64,000 bases of DNA. It comes from Pristiophorus japonicus (Eukaryota). The stretch is from assembly GCF_044704955.1 (NCBI RefSeq), contig NC_091988.1, positions 43,896,001 to 43,960,000 of the forward strand, in the 5' to 3' direction. Both the position numbers and the translations under genes were made by a program. The notes below the pieces were generated by a model. It was not told where the DNA came from. It did not search any database and saw only the letters and a program-made list of their open reading frames with translations. Of the stretch, positions 24,964-37,260 are shown in pieces. Position 1 is the first letter of the stretch, and the number at the start of each line of letters is the position of its first letter.

Positions 24964-26580
24964 ACCAAACAGTAACTATATTGTTGGACGGAGTATAAAT
25001 CAAGAAATAATGGAGGCTTGTAATAAAGGAACGGCAATAATCATGGGTGATTTTAACCTTCATATTGATTGGACAAAGTAAATTGTCCAGGGTAGCCTTG
25101 AGAAAGAGTTCATAGAGTGTATCCGGGATAGTTTCCTTGAACAGTACGTTGCAGAAACAACCTTGGAGCAGGCTATCTTAGATCTGATACTGTGTAATGA
25201 GACAGGATTAATAAATGATCTCATAGTAAAGGATCCTCCAGGAATGAGTGACCATAACATGGTGGAATTTCAAATTCAGTTGGAGGGTGAGAAAGTTGGT
25301 TCTCAAACCAGTGTCCTAAGCTTAAATAAAGGAGACTACACGGGATGAGGGCAAAGTTGGCTGAAGTGGACTGGGAAAATAGACTAAATTATGGGACGGT
25401 TGATGAGCAGTGGCAGACATTTAAGGAGATATTTCATAACTTGCAACAAAAATATATCCCAATGAGAAGGAAAGACTGTAAGAGAAGGGATAACCATCCG
25501 TGGCTAACGAAGGAAATAAGGGAAGGTATCAAATTGAAAACAAGGACATACAATGTGGCCAAGACTAGTGGGAGGCCAGAGGATTGGGAAACTTTTAAAA
25601 GCCAGCAAAGAACGACTAAAAAAATGATAAAGAGAGGGAAGGTAGATTATGAAAGTAAACTAGCATGAAATATAAAACAGATAGAAAGAGTTTCTACAGG
25701 TACATAAAAAGGAAAAGAGTGGTTAAAGTAAATATTTGACCCCTAGAGGATGAAACTGGAGAATTAATAATGGAGAACAGGGAAATGGCAGAGACGTTGA
25801 ACAAATATTTTGAAATGGTCTTCACGGAAGAAGATACTAAAAACATCCCAATAGTGGATAATCAAGAGGCTATAGGGAGGGAGCAACTTAATACCATTAC
25901 TATCACTAAAGAAATAGTACGCGGTAAAATAATGTGACTAAAGGCGGACAAGTACCCTGGACCTGATGGCTTACATCCTAATGTCTTAAAAGAAGTGGCT
26001 GGATTCCGGGGCGGTCCCAGCGAATTGGAAAACCGCAAATGTAACGCCCCTATTTAAAAAAGGAGGCAGACAAAAAGCAGCAAACTATAGACCAGTTAGC
26101 CTAACATCTGTCATTGGGAAAATGCTGGAGTCCAATATTACGGAAGTTGTAGCGGGACATTTGGAAAAGCATAATTCAAAAAAGCAGAGTCAGCATGGTT
26201 TTATGAAAGGGAAATCATGTTTGACAAATTTGCTGGAGTTCTTTGAGGATGTAACGAGCAGGGTGGATAAGGGAAACCAGTGGAGGTGGTGTATTTGGAT
26301 TTCCATAAGGTATTCGATAAGGTGCCACATAGAAGGTTACTGCACAAGATAAAAATTCACGGGGTTGGGGGTAATATATTAGCATGGATAGAGGATTGGC
26401 TAACTAACAGAAAACAGGGAGTCGGGATAAATGGGTCATTTTCCAGTTGACAAACAGTGACTAATGGGGTGCCGCAGGGATTGGTGCAAAATATTTTAAT
26501 GGCTTGGATGAAGAGACAGAGTGCAATGTAACCAAGTTTGCTGATGATACAAAGATGGGTGTGAAAGCAAATTGTGAGGA

Positions 26581-26725
26581 AGGAGTATAGGGTTATGGGG
26601 AGCGGGCAAGGAAGTGGAGCTGAGTCCATGATCAGATCAGCCATGATCTTATTGAATGGTGGAGCAGGTTCAAGGGGCCAAATGGCCTACTCCTGCTCCT
26701 ATTTCTAATGTTCTTATGTTCTTAT
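26581..26725 (+). mobile_element. Short CR1 3' tail inserted into the CR1 RT region
   Basis: 3' UTR plus ttcttatg repeats interrupt 'tgtgagga|gacacaaaaaatc'. Confidence 0.8.
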
Positions 26726-26991
26726 GACACAAAAAATCTTCAAAGGGATATAGACAGGCTAAATGAGTGGGCAAATATTTGGCAGATAGCGTATAATGTG
26801 AGAAAATGTGAGATTATCTACTTTGACAGAAAAAATAGAAAAACAAATTATAATTTAAATGTAGAAAAATTGCAGTACAAAGGAACCTGGGGGTCCTTGT
26901 GCAAGAAACACAAAAAGTTATATGCAGGTACAGCAATTAATCAGGAAGGCAAATGGAATGTTGGCCTTTATTGCAAGGGGGAATAGAGTGT

Positions 26992-28028
26992 AAGAAACAT
27001 AAGAACATAAGAAATAGGAGCAGGAGTAGGCCATATGGCCCCTCGAGCCTGCTCTGCCATTTAATGCGATCTTGGCTGATCCGATCATGTACTCAGGTCC
27101 ATTTTCTTGCCCGCTCTCCATAACCCCTTATTCCCTTATCGGTTAAAAAACTGTCTATCTCTGTCTTAAATTTATTCAATGACCCAGCTTCCTCAGCTCT
27201 CTGAGGCAGAGAATTCCACAGATCCACAGCACTCTGAGAAAAGAAATTCCTCCTCATCTCAGTTTTAAATGGGTGGCCCCTTATTCTAAGATTATACCCC
27301 CTAGTTCTAGTCTTCCCCATCAGTGCAAACATTCTCTCTCCATCCACCTTGTCAAGCCCCCTTATAATCTTAAGATCCCTCTCAATCTTCTGTATTCCAA
27401 TGAGTATAGGCCCAACCTACCCAACCTTTCCTCATAAGTTAACCCCCTCATCTCTGGAATTAACCTAGTGAACCTTCTCGATCTGCCTCCAAAACAAGTA
27501 TATCCTTTCGTAAATATGGAAACCAAATCTGCACGCAGTATTCCAGATGTGGCCTCACCAATACCCTGCATAACTGTAGCAAGACTTCCCTGCTTTTATA
27601 CTCCATTACTTTGCAATAAAGGCCAAGATTCCATTGGCCTGCCTGATCACTTGCTGTACCTGCATACTAACCTTTTGAGTTTCATGCACAAGTACCCCCA
27701 GGTCCCGCTGTACTGCAGCACTTTGCAATCTTTCTCCATTTAAATAATAACTTGCTCTTTGATTTTTTTTTCTCCTAAAGTGCAACATTATACTCCATCT
27801 GCCAAATTTTTACCCACTCACTTAGCCTGTCTATGTCCTTTTGCAGATTTCCTCCTCACACATTGCTTTTCCACCCATCTTTGTATCATCAGCAAACTTG
27901 GCTACATTACACTCAGTCCCTTCTTCCAAGTCGTTAATATAGATTGTAAATAGTTGGGGTCCCAGCACTGATCCCTGCGGCACCCCACTAGTTACCGAGT
28001 GCCAACCCGAGAATGAACCATTTATCCC
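26992..28028 (-). mobile_element. CR1 LINE 3' part in reverse orientation
   Basis: Minus-strand ORFs 27093-27347, 27362-27571 and 27606-27788; (ATAAGAAC)n tail at the left. Confidence 0.9.
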
Positions 28029-28807
28029 AGAGAAATCCTGTTACAACTGTACAGGGTATTGATGAGGCCACACCTAGAGTACTGCGACCAGTTTTGGTCT
28101 CCGTATTTAAGGAAGGATATACTTGCATTGGAGGCTGTTCAGAGAAGGTTATTCTGGAGACGATGGAGTTGACTTATGAAGATAGGTTGAGTAGGTTGGG
28201 CCTATACACAGAAGAATGAGAGGTGATCTTATCGAAACATGTAAGATAATGAGGGGGCTTGACAATTCCCACTCGTAGGGGAAACTAAAACTAGGGGACA
28301 TGGGGCTAGAAACTCCACTTATTTTGCATGCTTAATGCCCACTTAACGCCCGTTTTACCGATAAAATGATGTATAACGAACGCCCATATATGGCCCATTT
28401 TGGCACAAAATGGAAACTGACGTTTTTTTTTAGGAGACTTATCGGCGAGCGTTATTTTCCAAAGGGCTTAATGCCGGGAAAATATATTACCGCCCGCCAA
28501 CTTTTTTGGGGCAGAATCAGCAGAATGGGCGAAATCAACGGCCATAATATCGCCCAGAGTTACTTTCCGCACGGAATTAACGCCAAGATTCAATATGAAC
28601 GCCCGCCCACTGTTTTTTGTTGTAAAGAGCATATTTACCCAAACTAGCGGCCATGGAGATCACCCATCTTCAATTTCACCACCTCGCACACATATCGCCC
28701 ACAATATCACTCGCTCACAAAACCGCCATCAAAAGTGGAACTAACCAGAATGAACGCCAGCGGTGTGGCTGGCATTTGTTAAATCCCACTCTTATATGAG
28801 GAGCTGA

Positions 28808-31113
28808 TATTGTGTAATGAGAGAGGATTAATTAGCAATCTTGTTTGGCGAGGCCCCTTGGGGAAGAGTGACCATATGGTAGAGTTCTTCATTAAGATGG
28901 AGAGTGTCACAGTTAATTCAGAGACTAAAGTCCTGAACTTAAAGAAAGGTAACTTCGATGGTATGAGACATGAATTAGCTAGGATAGACTGGCAACTGAA
29001 AATTAAAGGGTTGACAGTGGATAGGCAATGGCAGACATTTAAAGATCACATGGATGAACTTCAACAATTGTACATCCCTGTCTGGTGTAAAAATTAAACA
29101 GGAAAGGTGGCTCAACCGTGGCTTACAAGGGAAATTAAGGGTAGTGTAAAATCCAAGGAAGAGGCATATAAATTAGCCAAAAAAATCAGCAAACCTGAGG
29201 ACTGGGAGAAATTTAGAATTCAGCAGAAGAGGACCAAGGGTTTAATTAGGAGGGGGAAAATAGAATATGAGAGTAAACTTGCAGGGAACATAAAAACTGA
29301 CTGCAAAGGCTTGTACAGATACGTGAAGAGAAAAAGATTAGTGAAAACAAATGTAAGTCCCTCACAGTCAGAATCAGGTGAATTTATAATAGGGAACAAA
29401 GAAATGGCAGACCAATTGAACAAATACTTTGGTTCTGTCTTCACTAAGGAAGACACAAATAACCTTCTGGAAATACTGGGGGACCGAGGGTCTAGCGAGA
29501 AGGAGGAACAAAAGGAAATCCTTATTAGTCAGCAAATTGTGTTAGGGAAATTGATGGGACTGAAGGCCGATAAGTCCCCAGGGCCTGATAGTCTGCATCC
29601 CAGAGTACTTAAGGAAGCAGCCCTAGAAATAGTGGATGCATTGGAAGTCATTTTCCAATATTCTATAGACTCAGGATCAGTTCCTTTGGACTGGAGGGTA
29701 GCTAATGTAACACCACTTTTTAAAAGGGGAGGGAGAGAGAAAACAGGGAACTATAGACCGGTCAGCCTGACATTGGTGGTGGGGAAAATGTTGGAATCAA
29801 TTATTAAAGATGTAATAGCAGCGCATTTGGAAAGCAGTGACAGGATCGGTCCAAGTCAGCATGGATTTATGAAAGAGAAATCATGCTTGACAAATCTTCT
29901 AAAATTTTTTGAGGGTGTAACTAGTAGAATGGACAAGGAGGAGTCAGAGGATGTGGTGTGTTTAGACTTTCAAAAGGCTTTTGACAAGGTCCCACACAAG
30001 AGATTAATGTGAAAAATTAAAGCACATGGGATTGTGGGTAATGTATTGACATGGATAGAGAACTGGTTAGGAGACAGGGAGCAAAGAGTGGGTATAAACA
30101 GGTCCATTTCAGAGTGGCAGACAGCAACTAGTGGGGTACTGCAAGGTTCAGTGCTGGGACCCCAGTTATTTACAATATACATTAATGATTTAGACAAAGG
30201 AATTGAATGCAGTGTGAGCTGTGAGGAGGATGCTAAGAGGCTGCAGAGGTGACTTGGACAGGTTAGGTGAGTGGGCAAATACATGGCAGATGTGGTATAA
30301 TGTAGTTAAATGTGAGGTTATCCACTTTGGTGTTAAAAACAGGAAGGCAGATTATTATCTGAATGGTGACAGATTATTAAAAGAGGAGGTGCAACGAGAC
30401 CTGGGTGTCATGGTACATCAGTCATTGAAAATTGGCATACAGGTACAGCAGGCGATGAAGAAGGCAAATGGCATGTTGGCCTTCATAGCGAGAGGATTTG
30501 AGTATAGGAGCAGGGAGGTCTTACTACAGTTGTACACGGCCTTGGTGAGGCCACACCTTGAATATTGTGTACAGTTTTGGTCTCCTAATCTGAGGAAGGA
30601 CATTCTTGCTATTGAGGGAGTGCAGCAAAGGTTCACCAGACTGTTTCCCGGGATGACAACACTGACATATGAAGAAAGACTGGATCGACTAGGCTTATAT
30701 TCACTGGAATTTAGAAGAATGAAAGGGGAGCTCATAGAGACATATAAAATTCTGATGGGGTTGGACAGGTTAAATGCAAGAAGAATGTTCCCGATGTTGG
30801 GGAAGTCCAGAACAAGGGGTCACAGTCTAAGGATAAAGGGTAAGCCATTTAGGACCGAGATGAGGAGAAACTTCTTCACTCAGAGAGTTGTGAACATGTG
30901 GAATTCTCTACCACAGAAAGTTGTTGAGGCCAGTTTGTTAGATATATTCAAAAGGGAGTTAGATGTGGCTCTTATGGCTAAAGAGATCAAGGGATATGGA
31001 GAGAAAGCAGGAATGGGGTACTGAAATGCATGATCAGCCATAATCATATTGAATGGTGGTGCAGGCTCGAAGGCCGAATGGCCTATTCCTGCACCTATTT
31101 TCTATGTTTCTAT
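28808..31113 (+). mobile_element. CR1 LINE, 2.3 kb, 5'-truncated, ORF2 fragments
   Basis: ORFs 29107-30012 (KSPGPD, NYRPVSL, QHGF, LDFQKAFD), 30034-30252 (GVLQGSVLGP) and 30221-31024; the FADD region is deleted; TTTCTATG tail. Confidence 0.95.
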
Positions 31114-31579
31114 CTGAAAGATTTGCCTGAAAGAGCGCTGATGTGAGTGACAATGCTGACACACTGCTGTGTGTGTGCAGCTCAAATATCAATGGTGCTC
31201 ATCATCTTGGTGCCAGTTAAAGTTTACGTTGATTGATGTTAAGTTGTATTTAACCCTTTCATGATAAGGATACACCAGTGTGTAAGGGTCCAGCTATCTG
31301 AGACAATGCGCAACAAGGTTATGTTCAATAACAAAAGTATAATACTAACACTGGGCAGAAATCATAAGTATCACAGCCAATAACACCCAACCCCCGCCCA
31401 CACCCCACTTTTTCCACCATTGACATAAATCACATGTTCAACATGTCCAGCAACACAGAATACAAAGGCAAAGCAGGACCATGGTCCCTAGCCCCCATAC
31501 ATTGCAATAAATTGCATACACCCAGATGCAGCTATAACACAGCCATCACCTGCACACATGCACCTCACTTTCCTTCCCC

Positions 31580-33379
31580 CCTCTCCTTCTTCTCCCCAAG
31601 TCTAGCCCATCCCCTTCTCGCTCCACGGTGCCTGGCCGAGGAGCTCCTCAGGCGCTGCCTCATTGGGGGAGGATGAAGGCAGATGCGGTCGCTGTGTGGG
31701 TACGGGAGCGGAGGGGTGCCGAGGGGGCAACATTGTCTGATGCAGAAGCAGGATCTTGGTCCTTGCTCTCATCTGTCGTTCGCAGTGATGGTGCGGAACC
31801 TAGGGGTGGAGTGCCGCGCTCGGGGACCACTGGGAGGCCTGTAGCAGCAGTGTTCCTGGCTATCGCATCCAGGGACTCCACCATGCACGGAATGTACTCG
31901 GTCATGATGGCCAGTTGCCTGGATATGCCCCCCAAAGCTTCGATGAGCTGGTCACCTGGACAACTGTACCATCTCTCCACCGTCATGAGGTGCTCGTGTA
32001 ACAGACCTGTCACGTCCACGAAGCCTCACTGGGGTCAAATCTGTTCTGGGGACAAATGGGGTGCTCTGTGGCGAGGTGCTTGGGGCCGGTACCTCCAGAG
32101 TGGAGGCGGGAATGACCGGAGGACCACTAGATGGCCTTGGGGTGGAATGGCTTCTGGAGCGTGGCAATGCAATTTCTTCGAAGTCCGCGCTCTCATCCGT
32201 CGAGAACAGACCCAGTGGATTGACGGGCAAGAATCAGAGCTCCTCAGCACCAGATGTAGTAGGATCATCCGCCAACTTCTGCCCCGCGCCCCCAGCTTCT
32301 GGCCTCTGTGACCTTGCCCGGGGCTGCGCTGCTGGCTGAGCTGCAAGACACAAATGAGGTTATTAGAGGAGAAGGGGATGCTAGGGTGACAAGGTGAGTC
32401 CAGCGCTACACACAGCATATGCACGACAAAAGCACCACCGCTCTCAAAATCATCGCAGACATCACATTTCATGACCATCAACACATTGTGCATTGCAATG
32501 AGTTTCATTAGGCCAGCATTATTTCTATGACACTTTTAGAAATCATCTATCATATATGATTGTTTGGATATGAGTGGGTGTGGCATCTATAGACTTTACA
32601 TGACGCAATGGTGTAAGCTTTACTCACGTGGCTTTACTCACTTCAGGGTCTGCAGATGTGTCTGTGGCTGCCCGGGGGTGCTTCCCACAAGTGCGAGCAC
32701 TCGCTCCTCCATCTCTGTGATGTCGCTGGGGACTGGTGGGCCCCCCACCCGTTCGCCTCTGTATGGGCCTCATCGTCGATAGCTTCTTCTGTAAACGGTG
32801 ACTGGACGACATGGCATGAGATCTTTGCGTGATATCACTGCTAGGTACTGTCACAGACACTGATACAACTCATAACCCCGACAGATGTAATCATGATTAT
32901 TATGATTATTATCATTCTTTACCTAAAGACGTACACCATGACCGTGGGCTTTGAGTAAAACATTCCTGGTAAAAATGCAAGACCTCAATCTGCTGATAGT
33001 CACTCATGACTGTTACAAATCAAATTATATAAATACATAAGTACATGTAAATCAATGTAATACTTACTCTTGCGGATCCCACAAGGGCATTCCATCGATG
33101 GCAGCATTGGTTACCCTCACGCACCTCGTTGGTCGCCGACGAGACCACCTCTGCTATCTCGGTCCATATCCTCTGGTAGGCCTTTGGGGTGGGCTTCCCA
33201 CGCCCTCCCTGTGTCAAATCACCCCAGCGTAACTCGACATCCTGCAGCAGGGAGGCATTTGCCTTGTCCAAGAACCTCCTGGCTCTTCTGCGGCCTCCAA
33301 TGTGCTCCTCTCCCACCTCACTGCTCTCTCCAGCATCAGTCTCCACAGCGTGCTGTGATGCCTCCTCTTCTCTCTCCAT
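31580..33379 (-). pseudogene. Harbinger Myb/SANT-like gene (exons 33068-33379, 32642-32788, 32340 downward)
   Basis: 'RRRARRF.D..NASLLQ.VE..W.EIAE.VS....REGNQC..RWNAL' and exon 2 'RRTGGG'; canonical GTAAGT/GTGAGT donors and CAG acceptors; frameshifts in exons 2 and 3. Confidence 0.85.
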
Positions 33380-34121
33380 TATAGGGCAAATTCAGACATA
33401 TATATGAGGCTGGTAACAGCTCATTTTTGTTTGCCTACTTGCTGTGAAGCTCTAAAGTCTCCCTCCTTCCTCCCAAAGCAGCCACACCACACCCAGCCAC
33501 GCCTTCAGTCCCTCTGAGCGCCCTCTCTCTCTGTCTCCTCTTTTGCGCATGTCATGGTGACCCTTGACCTCGAGAATCGCGGGAATTGAGCGTTGCCATG
33601 CCGTTGCTAAGGACAGCCACACTTTATGGCAGAAGGCCAATAAAATTTAACTCTACCGCCCATTTTATATCGCTCCCGGTAACACCATTTTCAAAATTGG
33701 AGACTAGTTGGTTTGAGAATGGGCGAGAAGCCGACGATCTGAAAACCCCTTTTTTACCGCCCACGCCGGAAATATCACCCATTTTTGGGCGATAATCACA
33801 AAAGTGGAGATTCTAGCCCATAGTCTCTGAATAAGGGGCCGCCCATTTAAAACTGAGGTGAGGAGGAATTTCTTCTCTTAGATGGTTGTAAATCTATGGA
33901 ATTCTCTGCCTGAGGGAGCTGTGGAGGCTGGGTCATTGAATATATTTAAGGTGGCAATAGACAGATTTTTGACCGATAAGGGAATAAAGGGCCATAAGGA
34001 GCGAGCAAGGAAGTGGAAATAAGTCCATGATCAGATCAGCCATGATCTTATTAAATGAAAGAGCAGGATCAAGGAGTCAGGTGGCCGTCTCCTGCTCTTA
34101 TTTCTTATGTTCTTATGTTCT

Positions 34122-34894
34122 TATGCCCGGAGGAATGACTACATAAAGTTCCCCATGACCGCCCAGGCAATGCATAACAGGGCTGTGGGCTTCTTCAGGA
34201 TTGCTGGCTTCCCAAAGGTACAGGGCTGCATTGATTGTACCCACATCGCCTTGCGAGCACCTTTGGAGGATTCCAAGATGTACTGGAACAGAAAAGGCTT
34301 CCACTCCGTGAATGTACAACTCATGTGTGACGACATGCATCGTATCATGGCAGTTGATGCGAGATACCCTGGAAGCACCCATGATCGTACGCGAGAGGAC
34401 TATATCTGCCATGTTTCAGCAGCAGCCAGAAGGGCAGAGCTGGCTATTGGGATACGGCCTCGCCACCTGATTCATGACGCCCCTACACGTAACCCGGACG
34501 GAAGCTGACCTGGGAATACAACATGTCGCACATTACGATGCGCAGCATAGTAGCGAGGACCATTGGCATCTTGAAGCAGCGTTTCCTATGCCTGGACCAT
34601 TCTGGAAGCTACTTGCAATACTCCCCTGAGTGTGTCGGTCAGTTCACTATTGTGTGCTGCATGATGCATGACTTAGCCATCATAAGGCAGCAGCAGCTGG
34701 TCGTAGAAGACCTACTTGAGGTGAGAGTGGCTGATGATGAGGAGGAAGATGCAGATGACGAGGAGGAGGAGGAGGACGAGGAACCCATGGAACTACCTGA
34801 ACCCGGAGCATGACGGCGGAGGAGGGCGTGCCGTCCCTTTAACGATTGCGTGAGCCTTGCGCCAGCAGCTCATCCTGAACGCTTTGCTGCCTAA
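34122..34894 (+). pseudogene. Harbinger transposase C-terminal half (continuation of 24561-24963)
   Basis: 'YARRNDYIKFP..GFPKVQGCIDCTHI..NRKGFHSVNVQ..YPGSTHD' and 'IGILKQRF.CLD..CCMMHDLA', with an acidic tail. Confidence 0.9.
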
Positions 34895-35095
34895 AGACTC
34901 AGCGACAACTATTCCACATGGACCATGTTTACTGTTTGGACCTGTTCCGTAATGTCGTGTTGTGTTAATGGAACAAATAATGGAAATGATTCAGTTATAA
35001 TTTAAAATATATTTTATTCAATAGTTTAACACTTGTTTGTACTTAACTTAACTTTAATAAAAATATTCTTGTATCAAACTTTAAAGTTTTCAGTT

Positions 35096-35175
35096 AAGAT
35101 CACTTACAAACTTTAAGATCATTTACAAACTTTAAGATCACTTAAAATCTTTAAGCTCACTTACAAACTTTTAAA
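35096..35175. repeat. Tandem repeat, unit of about 19 bp (AAGATCACTTACAAACTTT), about 4 copies
   Basis: Directly visible imperfect repeats. Confidence 0.8.
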
Positions 35176-35248
35176 CTCATAAATTTATATAACCTACAAA
35201 AAACGTTTAATTTGAGAACAGTTGCAACAGTAGCAACAATAATAACAA

Positions 35249-35928
35249 CATCATCATAGGCAGTCCCTCGAAATCGAGGAAGACTTGCTTCCTCTTTAAA
35301 AGTGCGTTCTTAGAAACGGAACAGTCCAATACGGTCTCTGTCACAGGTGGGACAGACAGTCGTTGAAGGAAAGCGTGGGTGGGACTGGTTTGCCGCACGC
35401 TCCTTCCGCTACCCGCGCTTGGTTTCTGCATGCTCTCAGCAATGAGACTCGAGGTGCTCAGCGCCCTCCCAGATGCACTTCCTCCAATTAGGGCGGTCTT
35501 TGGCCAGAGACTCCTCGGTGTCGGTGGGAATGTTGCACTTTATCAAGGAGGCTTTGAGAGTGTCCCTAAAACATTTCCTCTGCCCACTTGGGGCTCGCTT
35601 GCCATGTAGGAGTTCCGAGTAGAGCGCTTGCTTTGGGAGTCTTGTGTCAGGCATGCGAACAATGTGGTCCGCCCAACAGAGCTGGTCAAGTGTGGTCAGT
35701 GCTTCGATGCTGGGGGTGTTGGCCAACGTTGGTGCGTCTGTCCTCCCAGGGGATTTGCAGGATCTTGCGGAGACATCATGGGTGGAATTTCTCCAGCGAT
35801 TTGTGGTGTCTACTGTATATGGTCCACGTCTCTGAGCCATACAGGAGGGGGGGTATCACTACAGCCCTGTAGACCATGAGCTTGGTGGCAGATTTGAGGG
35901 CCTGATCTTCGAACACTCTCTTCCTCAG
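35249..35928 (-). mobile_element. RTE-clade LINE 3' fragment
   Basis: Minus-strand ORF 35436-35840 'RMPDTRLPKQALYSELLHGKR'; (CAT)n tail at the left. Confidence 0.88.
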
Positions 35929-35929
35929 T

Positions 35930-36311
35930 AAGTACTGCAGGGAATCAAATACGGCCGAGGTGATCTCCTGGACTAGTTTTGATCGCCTGGATGGATCAGA
36001 GAGGAATTTTACCAGATTTTTTCCCCCAATTGGCCTGGGTTTTTATTTGGTTTTACCTCTCCCAGGAGATCACATGGCTCCAGTTGGGATGGTGTGTAGA
36101 ATGTTTCAGTGCAAGGGGTGTCGCAGTTGTGTGGGACGGACTGGTTGGGCTGGGTGCTCTTTACCTTTCCGCCATTGTTCATTTTTCATAGGTTTATATG
36201 TAACCTTCAGGGCTGCTGACCAAGGGTCGTGTGGCTCTTTGTCGGTCGGCGTGGACACGATGGGCCAAAATGGCCTTCTTCTGCGCTGTAGATTTCTATG
36301 TTTCTATGTTT
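35930..36311 (+). mobile_element. CR1-group 3' UTR (long-UTR family)
   Basis: Ends 'gatgggccaaaatggcct..ctgcgctgtaga(tttctatg)n'. Confidence 0.65.
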
Positions 36312-36829
36312 CATAGAACATTATGGCAGAGAAGGTGGCCATTTGACCCATTGTGTCAGCGCCTCTTGCTTAATTATATTTAAAATGTTGTCCATGGACT
36401 TCTATGTACAGATTAAACCATGGCAGTTCCTCTTCCAACACACCCATAATCCATTGTCTACAGTCAAAAGCAATACATATTGAACCTGATAGCAACTTAC
36501 TTTTAATGTGAAACCTAAATAAAGGACCAAGGCCAATAGTGCAGCACATCACCAAGGCTGGAAAATTTAAGAGAGAAGATGAGGAAAAGCAGGAATTCAT
36601 GACTAGGTGATGCAAGGCTTCAATTTGAATAATCTGAAGATTGTAAGAGAAAGACTGAGGGAGGTAAAGACTTCCACAGATTTGAGGTTCTGGAAAATAA
36701 TGAGTTAGTGTAGGAAATTATACGATGCATCTTGATTTCAGTATGGGTATAGGGAAGAGATAGAGCATGAGGATGGTATATTTAGACCTTGAAGGAGCAC
36801 TGACCCATACAATATTGCAAAATAGGAAG

Positions 36830-37260
36830 AATGAAAGAACTTATATTGATGTACCTTTCATGACCTCGGGACATTCCAAAGTACTTTACAGCCAAAGAGG
36901 TACATTTGAAGTAGGCAAACACAGCAGGCAATTTGTGCATAATAAGGTCTCCTCAAATAGCAATGAGATAAATGACCAGTTAGTCCATTTTGAAGATGCT
37001 AGTTGAGGGATAGATCTTGGCCAGTACACTCGGAGAACTCTCTGCTCTGTAGGGCAATGAGATCTTTATCATCTACTTGAGCTGGTAGATGAGGCTTCAG
37101 TATAACATCTCAGCTGAGAAACAGCACCTCTGACATTGCAGCACTCCCTCAGTAAAATAATGAGCAGTAAGCCTAGATTATTTGCTCAAGCCCTGTAGTG
37201 TGGCTTGAACATATCACTGTCTGACGCAGAGGCAAGAGTCTATCACTGAATCAAGTTGAC
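36830..37260 (-). mobile_element. Deu-domain tRNA-SINE, diverged
   Basis: Diverged reverse complement of the SINE body, with a tRNA-like head at about 37195-37260. Confidence 0.75.

Larger units (their letters stand above)
28302..33818 (-). mobile_element. Harbinger transposon with the Myb gene retained and no transposase; inserted in CR1
   Basis: TIRs GGGGCTAGAA / TTCTAGCC(C). A CAT duplication splits the CR1 sequence 'ctaggggacat|agtctc..aataagggg'. Subterminal regions are homologous to those of 14899-17803. Confidence 0.9.
24965..34124 (+). mobile_element. CR1 LINE (endonuclease through RT to 3' tail), split by three later insertions
   Basis: Pieces 24965-26580, 26726-26991, 28029-28301 and 33819-34124 join colinearly (IIMGDFN, LDLIL, PWLT, QHGF, GHSL.IRG); tail (TTCTTATG)n. 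Confidence 0.88.
24230..35250 (+). mobile_element. Harbinger transposon (outer host of a nested stack); ends poorly defined
   Basis: Transposase halves at 24561-24963 and 34122-34894. The left end is degenerate and the right end was not found (RTE insertion at about 35250). Confidence 0.7.

Noticed and set aside
35096-35175. CRISPR-like array
   Set aside because: The repeats are head-to-tail with no unique spacers, there are no cas genes, and the context is eukaryotic.
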